Positions 9,244 to 17,010 of a stretch of 32,000 nucleotides of DNA are shown one piece after another. The translations under genes and the position numbers were made by a program. The stretch spans positions 840,001 to 872,000 of the forward strand of contig NZ_LT934425.1 of assembly GCF_900232105.1 (NCBI RefSeq), written 5' to 3'. The stretch comes from Candidatus Kuenenia stuttgartensis (GTDB taxonomy: Bacteria; Planctomycetota; Brocadiia; Brocadiales; Brocadiaceae). Numbering within the stretch: position 1 is the first letter of the stretch; every line of letters starts with the position of its first letter. Below the pieces are notes generated by a model that saw nothing but the letters and a program-made list of their open reading frames with translations, did no database searches and was not told the origin of the DNA.

Positions 9244-10421
9244 GCGGAAGAATATTGATAACGGGCATTGGTTTCATTACACCAATCAAACCTTTTCAGG
9301 GGGTGAACGAATTCTGGCATGCATTGTGTTCCGGGCAGGATCTTATAAAAAAAACGAGACTTCCTTTGCTTGAAATTGATGGGGAATGGCCAATGGCGGA
9401 AATTAGCCTTTCCTGCATAACGCAAACCGTTCAACCGGAAGATAAATTTCAATATCTTATGAAAAGAGCTTTGAACATGGCAATTGAGGATGCAAATCTG
9501 AAAGATTGCTCAAATATAGGTTTCTCCATGGGTACGGTTTTGGGAAATATGTTATTAAAGGAAAAAAAATTGGCTGATGCAAAAAAGCAAAAGAAAGAAT
9601 ACTGTGGTGAACAAGATTCCCTTTCTAATGTGACATTGCAATTTTCTTCCCTATATAACCTAAACGGACCAAAATATACCGTCTCAACCGCATGTACTTC
9701 CGGTACTGATGCCATAGGGATTGCAGCCAGAAGCATACTATCCGGCAAAACTGATATTATGATTGCCGGTGGAGCTGATATTTTGAGTGATTTTGCTATT
9801 ATCGGATTCCATGCCCTTCAGGCAATTACAACTGATAAGGTAAGACCCTTCGATAAAAACAGAAGCGGACTCGCACTCGGCGAAGGGGCGTCATTTGTTG
9901 TGCTTGAGTCCGAGAAAAGCGCGGCAAAAAGAAATGCAAAGGTATATGGCCGGGTCATGGGATATGCGTCGCGTGCTGACGCCAATCATTTAACAGGCCC
10001 TCATCGCGAAGGACGAGGCCTTGCCGAAGCAATAGACAGGGCAATGGGTCAGTCGGGAGTAAAACCGGGTGATATTAATTATATTAATGCACACGGGACT
10101 GGTACGGTTTACAATGATCTTATGGAAACAAAGGCAATAAAGCGGGTATTTGGAAGGTTGGCATATGATATCCCAATCAGTTCGACAAAGTCAATGCTGG
10201 GACATTCCCTGGGTGCGGCGGGGGCTATCGAAGCTATATGTTGCCTGCTGGCAATAAAAAACGGAATTGTACCTCCTACCATTAACTTTCAGGAATGCGA
10301 TCCCGACTGCGATCTTGATTATACTCCGAATATTGCAAGAAACCACCACGTGAAAATGGCAATGTCTCTATCCGCCGGTTTTGGCGGCCAAAACTCAGCG
10401 ATCATATTAGGTGGCGCATGA
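9240..10421 (+). CDS. Beta-ketoacyl-ACP synthase, FabF-like (KS 2, catalytic residues intact)
   Basis: 393 aa, TTG start overlapping the upstream stop; STACTSGTDAIG (Cys codon 152 at 9693-9695), NAHGTGTVYND, KSMLGHSLGAAGAIEA, AGFGGQNSAII. Confidence 0.95.
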   Translation: MSGRILITGIGFITPIKPFQGVNEFWHALCSGQDLIKKTRLPLLEIDGEWPMAEISLSCITQTVQPEDKFQYLMKRALNMAIEDANLKDCSNIGFSMGTVLGNMLLKEKKLADAKKQKKEYCGEQDSLSNVTLQFSSLYNLNGPKYTVSTACTSGTDAIGIAARSILSGKTDIMIAGGADILSDFAIIGFHALQAITTDKVRPFDKNRSGLALGEGASFVVLESEKSAAKRNAKVYGRVMGYASRADANHLTGPHREGRGLAEAIDRAMGQSGVKPGDINYINAHGTGTVYNDLMETKAIKRVFGRLAYDIPISSTKSMLGHSLGAAGAIEAICCLLAIKNGIVPPTINFQECDPDCDLDYTPNIARNHHVKMAMSLSAGFGGQNSAIILGGA

Positions 10422-11005
10422 TTCCAGCGGTTACCGGAATAAGTATATTGAACAGCAATACTCCGGATGGTAAAATTCCGGCTTTTGAGGGACTGGATAA
10501 GAAGTGCCGAATATATAATGCTCTTGATGGTTTGGTGGTTGCTTCCGTCGGTAATGTCTTGCTAAGCGCTGGAATTCCGGTTCCTGTTGCAAATGATGAC
10601 ATTAGTCTTTATCTAGGAATTGATATTTCCATCGAAGATATCAAAAATGAATATTTTAATAACATTCTGGACGAAGGAATTCTTGGAGCAAGTCCGCAAC
10701 TTTTCCAATTTACAACACCAAATTCTCTTGCCGCTCAAGCGACAATAGCTTTCGATTTAAGGGGAGAGTGTATTACCATGCCCATCGGGTCTTCATTCAG
10801 GGAAGTTGTGGAATATGCATGCGAATGTATTATCGGACGAAATATCAAAATGGCAATTGCAGGTTGTATAAGAAAGGTCAAGGCATTAAATCTCCATACA
10901 AGTGGTCATGTATACAGTTCTGAATTTTTTTTTATTGAGGATAGGGAAAGCGCAATGCGGAGGGGTGTGAAAATTTACCCTAATGCGCTGGACAGTGTTT
11001 TATGA
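10418..11005 (+). CDS. Short degenerate ketosynthase-like protein (partner 2; beta-ketoacyl synthase-like N-terminal fold)
   Basis: 195 aa; GLVVASVGNVLLSAG, FQFTTPNSLAAQATIAFDLRGECITMPIGSSFREVVEYACECIIGRNIKMAIAGC resembles the KS N-terminal half without a catalytic Cys in the expected place. Confidence 0.7.
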   Translation: MIPAVTGISILNSNTPDGKIPAFEGLDKKCRIYNALDGLVVASVGNVLLSAGIPVPVANDDISLYLGIDISIEDIKNEYFNNILDEGILGASPQLFQFTTPNSLAAQATIAFDLRGECITMPIGSSFREVVEYACECIIGRNIKMAIAGCIRKVKALNLHTSGHVYSSEFFFIEDRESAMRRGVKIYPNALDSVL

Positions 11006-12309
11006 AGATCTTTTGTGCGCCAGACGGACTTTCCGCTGAGACAATCAATAATAATCAGAATGAATTGTTGCTTGCCACGATAGACTATGCGCGACAAATG
11101 TCTCCCTTTTATAAAGAAATCCTTCAAAATGCCGGTACCTTGCAATCCGCCGCCCATGCAAGGGAATACCTGGATAAATTGCCTTTTACCACAAAACAGG
11201 ATATATCAAATAACAATTGGAATTTCCTGGCAGTAAAAAAACAGGATATCGCGGAGTTTGTGTCTACTTCCGGCACCACGGGTGAACCGGTATTTCTTGC
11301 GCTTACGGAAAACGACTTAGAACGTCTTACCTGTAGCGAAGAGCGAAATTTTAATACTATAAACGCTGGCAAAGAAGATTTATTTCACATTGTTGTAACC
11401 TGCGACAATCTATTTACCGCTGGCATTGCATATTACAGAGGACTCATAAGGCGCGGCGCTTCCGTCGCAAGGATAGGGCCTAAAAGCATTATCAGGCATT
11501 TTCAACTCATTAAAGAATTACGGCCTACCGGAATTGTCGCGGTACCATCGTTCATGCATTACCTGATACGCCATGCAAATGAAATTGGAATAAATATTCC
11601 CGATTTGGGCATTGAGAAAATAGTTCTCATAGGCGATAGCATACGAAATACGGATTTTAGTACGAATACACTTGGCAGCTTTATTGAGAATTCATTTAGA
11701 AGGAAAGTTTTTTCCACATACGGTATCTCAGAGGGGCAAATTTCATTTGGTGAATGTGAATTTCACCACGGACTACACGGACATACGGATTTTGTTTACG
11801 TAGAAATTGTGTCGGATGAGGGTATCCCGCTACAAGACGGCGAGATTGGCGAAATGGTAATTACCACCCTTCAACACGAAGGGATGCCTCTGATCCGTTA
11901 CAAAACGGGAGATATTACCTTTAAACTTTCGGGACAGTGTTTATGCGGAAAAAACTCCGTTCGAATTGGTCCGGTTTTGGGACGTAAACACCACCGGTTA
12001 AAGGTAAAAGGGGTTACTCTCTATCCAAAGACAATTGAAAATGCAATTTTTCATTTAAAGGATGTGATAAACTACCAGTTGGAAGCATATACCGGCGATA
12101 CCAAAACAGACCACATTATTTTACGAATAGGTTCCCATAGAAACGATGATAAATTCAGATCATCCTTAATTGATATTCTTCGTGCGAAAACAAGAGTAGT
12201 TCCTGAGATTGAGATAGCTTCGCCAAACGAGATAGAGAAGAAACTCTTTGAAGGGGGCAGTAGAAAGGCGATTACTTTTAAGGATAGGAGGATTAAATTA
12301 CATGAGTAA
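11002..12309 (+). CDS. PaaK/phenylacetate-CoA-ligase-like adenylate-forming enzyme
   Basis: 435 aa; adenylation motif VSTSGTTGEPVFL, FSTYGISEGQISFGECEFHHGLHG, GEMVITTLQHEGMPLIRYKTGDIT. Confidence 0.9.
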   Translation: MKIFCAPDGLSAETINNNQNELLLATIDYARQMSPFYKEILQNAGTLQSAAHAREYLDKLPFTTKQDISNNNWNFLAVKKQDIAEFVSTSGTTGEPVFLALTENDLERLTCSEERNFNTINAGKEDLFHIVVTCDNLFTAGIAYYRGLIRRGASVARIGPKSIIRHFQLIKELRPTGIVAVPSFMHYLIRHANEIGINIPDLGIEKIVLIGDSIRNTDFSTNTLGSFIENSFRRKVFSTYGISEGQISFGECEFHHGLHGHTDFVYVEIVSDEGIPLQDGEIGEMVITTLQHEGMPLIRYKTGDITFKLSGQCLCGKNSVRIGPVLGRKHHRLKVKGVTLYPKTIENAIFHLKDVINYQLEAYTGDTKTDHIILRIGSHRNDDKFRSSLIDILRAKTRVVPEIEIASPNEIEKKLFEGGSRKAITFKDRRIKLHE

Positions 12310-13354
12310 CACTATGGACATGATCAATGAACTAAGCTTTTCAAATGATGAGATCTCCGATTGCCTGGCGAATGGAAGCATTCTTTCAATAGAACTTGAA
12401 TTTACCAAAAAGTGTAATCTCAGATGCCTTTACTGCTATTCCAGTGCCGGGTTCGCAGCGGAAAATGAATTGAGCCTGGAAGAAATGAAATCGGTGGTGG
12501 ATCAGGCAAAAGGGCTGGGGGCAAAGAAAATAATCCTCCTGGGAGGCGGCGAACCACTTCTATACGAGGGTGTGGTAGATATCATTAAATATATTAATTC
12601 AATCGGATTGCAGCAAATACTCTTTACAAACGGCGTATTGATTGATAAAGAAATAGCGCAAACACTATACAGAAATAAAGTTTCTGTGGTAATAAAATAT
12701 AATAGCTTTAATCCCGAGGTTCAGGACATGCTTGCAAATGCCAAAGGAACTTATAAACAAATAACCAGAGGACTAAAAATATTGATGGAATCGGGGTATC
12801 CCCGTGAAGATTTGGGACTGGGTATACAGTCCGTAATATGCAAACAAAATATTAACGAGATCCCGGAAATGTGGATGTGGGCGCGGAAAAGAAATATAAT
12901 TCCATATTTTGAAATATTGACTTACCAGGGCAGGGCAAGGGAAAACAAGGATTTGATTGTGCCTACCCTGGAAATTAAGGAGATATTTAAACGGCTGGAG
13001 CAAATCGACAGGGAGCATTTTGGCATTCAGTGGAATTCTCGTCCGACAATTGCCGCCTTTTCCTGTAAACGCCATCTCTATAGCTGCCTTATCAATTCCC
13101 AGGGACATGTACAGCCGTGTACGGGCGTTGATATGTCGGTGGGAAACATCAGGGATAAATCACTTGGGGAAATTCTGGTAAGCAGTGGAGTTATAAAAGA
13201 CCTGAGAAATATTTACGAAAACATAGAAGGACAGTGTAAAACGTGCGAATATAATAAAGAATGTTACGGTTGCAGGGGAAACGCTTACCAAATGACGGGA
13301 AATCATTTGGCTTCAGATTCCACATGTTGGCATTGTGAAAAAAACCCCAAATGA
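12302..13354 (+). CDS. Radical SAM protein with SPASM-type C-terminal cysteine-rich domain
   Basis: Met at 12302 preferred over ORF-track start 12248; CNLRCLYC (CxxxCxxC), GGGEPLLY, C-terminal CLINSQGHVQPCTGVDMSVGNI...CKTCEYNKECYGCRG...CWHC. Confidence 0.93.
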   Translation: MSNTMDMINELSFSNDEISDCLANGSILSIELEFTKKCNLRCLYCYSSAGFAAENELSLEEMKSVVDQAKGLGAKKIILLGGGEPLLYEGVVDIIKYINSIGLQQILFTNGVLIDKEIAQTLYRNKVSVVIKYNSFNPEVQDMLANAKGTYKQITRGLKILMESGYPREDLGLGIQSVICKQNINEIPEMWMWARKRNIIPYFEILTYQGRARENKDLIVPTLEIKEIFKRLEQIDREHFGIQWNSRPTIAAFSCKRHLYSCLINSQGHVQPCTGVDMSVGNIRDKSLGEILVSSGVIKDLRNIYENIEGQCKTCEYNKECYGCRGNAYQMTGNHLASDSTCWHCEKNPK

Positions 13355-14712
13355 AAATTTTGCTTATCTCTGTTAATAACGAGATGAAACCGTACCCCGT
13401 GGCGCCATTAGGCATCGCATATATTGCAACTATTTTAAAAAATAAAGGGCATAGCGTATACGTTCTTGATCTTTGTTTTGCCGAAGATGATTACGTGGCG
13501 ATAGAAGAATCGCTGAGAAAATTTTCTCCGGATCTCCTAGGTCTATCCATCAGAAACATAGATAATTTAACCTTTAGAAAAAGTGTTTACTATCTTCCGC
13601 GGGTTAAGGAAATAGTTCGGCTTATCAAGCGCCTTACATCGGCTCAAATAATTGTTGGAGGATCGGGTTTTTCCCTTTTCCCGGAAGAAGTTTTGAGGTA
13701 TTTGCAACTTGAAATGGGTATTGTTGGCGAGGGAGAAATATCTCTTCCGCAATATATAGACGTCATTATCCATGGTGGTGAAATTAACGATATACCTAAC
13801 CTCTGTTATATAAAAGATGGGAAATACACCCGTAACAATACCCTCTGTAGTGTTGAACCTTTTACACCAAAACGGGATTTGCTAAACAATAACAAATATA
13901 TGGAACTGGGCGGTATGGCCAATATTCAATCAAAAAGGGGTTGCCCGTTTCACTGTACCTATTGCACATATCCAAGTCTGAATGGCAATACGGTAAGGTT
14001 GAGAGAACCATTGGAAATTGTTGATGAGATTAAGGAGTTAAATTCCGAATATGGAGTTGACTATGTTTTCTTTGTGGATGACATATTTAATTGTCCTGAA
14101 AAACACACTGTTGCCCTCTGCGAGGAAATAATCAGGCATGAACTTAAAATTGATTGGGCGTGTTTTGCCACACCAAAAGGAATGACGAAAGAACTTGCGC
14201 TTCTCATGTCGGACGCTGGTTGCAAGGGCATTGAATTCGGAACGGATGCCGGATCCCGAAAAACACTGAAAGCCATTGGCAAGTCTTTTACCATCGAAGA
14301 CATAGCATTTGCCACAGAATGTTGCAATAGTATTAATTTGCCGAATGCTCATTACATTATTGTTGGTGGCCCAGACGAAGACGATTCAACGCTAAGCGAA
14401 ACATTTTCACTTTTTAATAAAATAGAGCCAACCGCGGTTATTGTATTTGTGGGAATCAGGATATATCCAAACACATTGCTTTATTATAAAGCGATTGAAG
14501 ATAAAATCATCGAAAAAGATCAAAATATATTGGAACCTGTTTTTTACATCTCACCTAAGATAGACAGGGACGTTCTGCTTCAAAAAATTTATGATTACGC
14601 ACAACAAAGCCATAATTGGATTGTGCCTGGTCTTGATATTAGATGTGATACGGATATGTTAACCGTTATGAGAAAAATAGGAAAAAGAGGGCCTTTATGG
14701 GATATGATCTAG
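13351..14712 (+). CDS. B12-binding domain radical SAM protein
   Basis: 453 aa; N-terminal LGIAYIATILKNKGHSVYVLDL...IIVGGSGFS, radical SAM CPFHCTYC, EFGTDAGSRKTLKAIGKS. Confidence 0.93.
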   Translation: MKILLISVNNEMKPYPVAPLGIAYIATILKNKGHSVYVLDLCFAEDDYVAIEESLRKFSPDLLGLSIRNIDNLTFRKSVYYLPRVKEIVRLIKRLTSAQIIVGGSGFSLFPEEVLRYLQLEMGIVGEGEISLPQYIDVIIHGGEINDIPNLCYIKDGKYTRNNTLCSVEPFTPKRDLLNNNKYMELGGMANIQSKRGCPFHCTYCTYPSLNGNTVRLREPLEIVDEIKELNSEYGVDYVFFVDDIFNCPEKHTVALCEEIIRHELKIDWACFATPKGMTKELALLMSDAGCKGIEFGTDAGSRKTLKAIGKSFTIEDIAFATECCNSINLPNAHYIIVGGPDEDDSTLSETFSLFNKIEPTAVIVFVGIRIYPNTLLYYKAIEDKIIEKDQNILEPVFYISPKIDRDVLLQKIYDYAQQSHNWIVPGLDIRCDTDMLTVMRKIGKRGPLWDMI

Positions 14713-15449
14713 TTCATTCACAAAGAGTAGTGCTGGTGACCGGCGGCAGCAAAGGCATCGGAAAAGCCATTTGCAAGGTATTTATCGGGGAAGGCGATCA
14801 TGTAATTGTAAATCACTGCAAACCAATTGATGATATAGAGAAATTAAGAGAAGAATTTTCATCTCCGCAAGGAAGCTTTTCAATTGAAAAAGCAGATGTC
14901 ACCGATTATGCGCAAATAAAACAAATGGTTGACAATATTGTGAAAAAGCATGGAAAGATAGACGTGCTTATCAATAACGCAGGTATAATTAAAGACGGTT
15001 ATATAATGCTTATGTCGGCAAAAGATTGGAACGACGTTATTAACGTAAACCTGACGGGCGTTTTCAATTGTACAAAAGCAGTGTCTGAACATATGATTGG
15101 GCAAAGGAGCGGAACAATCATCAATATAGCGTCTTTGAGTGGAATTACTGGATTACCCGGCCAGACAAATTACTCCGCCGCTAAAGGTGGTGTAATTGCA
15201 TTTACCATGGCCCTTTCAAAAGAACTTGCGCCTTTTTGTATTAGGGTAAACACCGTCGCTCCGGGAGTCATTGAAACAGATATCATTGATTCCCTCGATA
15301 AAAATAAGAGAAATAGTTACAAGGAACATATTCCTCTAAAAAGATTTGGAAAGCCGGAGGAAGTTGCATCCGTTGTCCGCTTCCTTGCATCATCCGAAGC
15401 AAGTTATATTACAGGGGAAGTTATTCGTGTATCCGGGGGATTAAATTGA
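14697..15449 (+). CDS. fabG-like: SDR 3-oxoacyl-ACP reductase (FabG-like)
   Basis: 250 aa; TGGSKGIGKAI, NNAG, YSAAKGG, PG.IETD, SEASYITGEVIRVSGG. Confidence 0.95.
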   Translation: MGYDLVHSQRVVLVTGGSKGIGKAICKVFIGEGDHVIVNHCKPIDDIEKLREEFSSPQGSFSIEKADVTDYAQIKQMVDNIVKKHGKIDVLINNAGIIKDGYIMLMSAKDWNDVINVNLTGVFNCTKAVSEHMIGQRSGTIINIASLSGITGLPGQTNYSAAKGGVIAFTMALSKELAPFCIRVNTVAPGVIETDIIDSLDKNKRNSYKEHIPLKRFGKPEEVASVVRFLASSEASYITGEVIRVSGGLN

Positions 15450-15703
15450 ATATGCATGACACGATCCAAAAACTCAAGGAATTACTTGTTACAAAATTAA
15501 AACTAAAAATCGGTGTAGACCAGATAAAAGAAGACACTCTGCTTTTCGGCTCAAATAGTCTGGGACTTGATTCCATAGATGTCCTGGAATTAATTATTGC
15601 TATAAAAAAAGAGTTTGGCGTTGAAATCATGGACAGAGAAACATCGGAACAAGTCTTTACCTCCGTTGGCGCAATAGCAAGATATATAGATAAAAACAAA
15701 TGA
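15446..15703 (+). CDS. Acyl carrier protein
   Basis: 85 aa; phosphopantetheine attachment motif LGLDSIDVLELIIAIKKEFGVEI; TTG 15446 or ATG 15452 start. Confidence 0.93.
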   Translation: MNMHDTIQKLKELLVTKLKLKIGVDQIKEDTLLFGSNSLGLDSIDVLELIIAIKKEFGVEIMDRETSEQVFTSVGAIARYIDKNK

Positions 15704-16140
15704 AGAAGGCATTCCCAAGTCCCCCGGAAATACTCCCACACGCATACCCGTTTATTATGATAGACAAAATCATTAAATTTGAGGAAAAGATAAGCATTGT
15801 ATGCATAAAGAATGTAAGTTTAAATGATGAATATTTGGGTGGACATTATCAGAAAAATACAAACTTCCCGGCTTTGCCGCAAGTGCTTGTATTAGAGGCA
15901 ATGGTGCAATCATCAGGATTGGTACTGGGTAACACTAAAGACAAAGTTGCATATCTGTGTTTGATAAAAGAAGCCACATTTGAAAAATCTGTTGTGGCAG
16001 GAGATCAACTCGTAATCACTTCCAGGATAACGCAATCGTTTACACCCTTTTATGTATTTGAAGCTGTTGCAACAGTAGATAGCGAGATTGCCTCCAAAGC
16101 GGTAATAACACTTTCGTTGACGATAAAAGGAACAACATGA
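15700..16140 (+). CDS. FabZ-like hotdog 3-hydroxyacyl-ACP dehydratase (divergent)
   Basis: 146 aa; ILPHAYPFIMIDKIIKFEE, catalytic-type His in GGHYQ and acid in VLEAMVQSSG. Confidence 0.88.
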   Translation: MKKAFPSPPEILPHAYPFIMIDKIIKFEEKISIVCIKNVSLNDEYLGGHYQKNTNFPALPQVLVLEAMVQSSGLVLGNTKDKVAYLCLIKEATFEKSVVAGDQLVITSRITQSFTPFYVFEAVATVDSEIASKAVITLSLTIKGTT

Positions 16141-16985
16141 ATTTGCAGCATGTGAATTGTAACCTTTGTGGCGCTGATGATACTAAAATAATTACAGTTC
16201 AAAGCAATCATAACGTGGTAAGATGCAAGAAATGCAGCCTTGTATATGTAAATCCAAGACCGAATACTGAGCATTTAATCCATCTCTATGAAACCTATCA
16301 CCAAAGAAATGGAAAGAGAGAGTACACATGGGCAAATCTTATGGAGAGAAATTACAGGGAAGTATCGGGGTTTTTGGCGCAGGTTTTTCCCGGAAAAGGT
16401 AAAATCCTCGATATTGGATGCGGCTATGGGCATTTTCTCGAAATAATGAGGATTCTTGGATGGGTTGTTAGCGGAATTGATCCATCGCCAAATACGGTGT
16501 GTGCTGCAAACAAAAAGAATCTCAATGTTATTGAAACGTCCATTGAAGACGTTTCCCTCCCGGAAGCTTCTTTCGATGCGATAACAGCTTTTTACGTCCT
16601 GGAACATCTTCCGGATCCATACTCTGCGGTAAAAAAAATCCATTCCCTGCTAAAACCTGGAGGCGTGTTCGTCCTGAGAGTTCCACACACGACTCCTATT
16701 GTCAGACTCCTTTCATTATTCCATATAAAAAATAATCTCTACGATACCCCATACCACTTGTACGATTTTTCACCCGAAACCATTACCGTTCTGTTAAAAA
16801 AAGCGGGGTTTACAACGGTTCAGGTAAAGCCTGGCACACCGACACTTCCGGTTAATTTTTTAGAGAAAATAGTCTCCATTACATCGGGAAATATTGCCCG
16901 AATATTTTTTGCGGTCAGCGGGGGAAAATTTCTTTTCCCAGGCACAAGTAAAACCACAATTGCTTGTAAAAATCTGACAGAATAA
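16137..16985 (+). CDS. Class I SAM-dependent methyltransferase with N-terminal Cys4 zinc-ribbon-like segment
   Basis: 282 aa; CNLCGADD...VVRCKKCSLVYVNPRP; ILDIGCGYGHFLEIM; FYVLEHLPDP; LLKPGGVFVLRVP. Confidence 0.93.
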   Translation: MNLQHVNCNLCGADDTKIITVQSNHNVVRCKKCSLVYVNPRPNTEHLIHLYETYHQRNGKREYTWANLMERNYREVSGFLAQVFPGKGKILDIGCGYGHFLEIMRILGWVVSGIDPSPNTVCAANKKNLNVIETSIEDVSLPEASFDAITAFYVLEHLPDPYSAVKKIHSLLKPGGVFVLRVPHTTPIVRLLSLFHIKNNLYDTPYHLYDFSPETITVLLKKAGFTTVQVKPGTPTLPVNFLEKIVSITSGNIARIFFAVSGGKFLFPGTSKTTIACKNLTE

Positions 16986-17010
16986 ACTTAACGCGTCGCG
17001 ATAGTAAAAC

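Noticed and set aside
6518-10602. Multiple minus-strand ORFs opposite the KS and methyltransferase genes
   Set aside because: All antisense to genes with clear catalytic motifs; no independent support.
12302-13354. RiPP maturase interpretation of the SPASM radical SAM enzyme
   Set aside because: No plausible precursor peptide or RiPP recognition element seen nearby; not fully excluded, kept as a refutation test.
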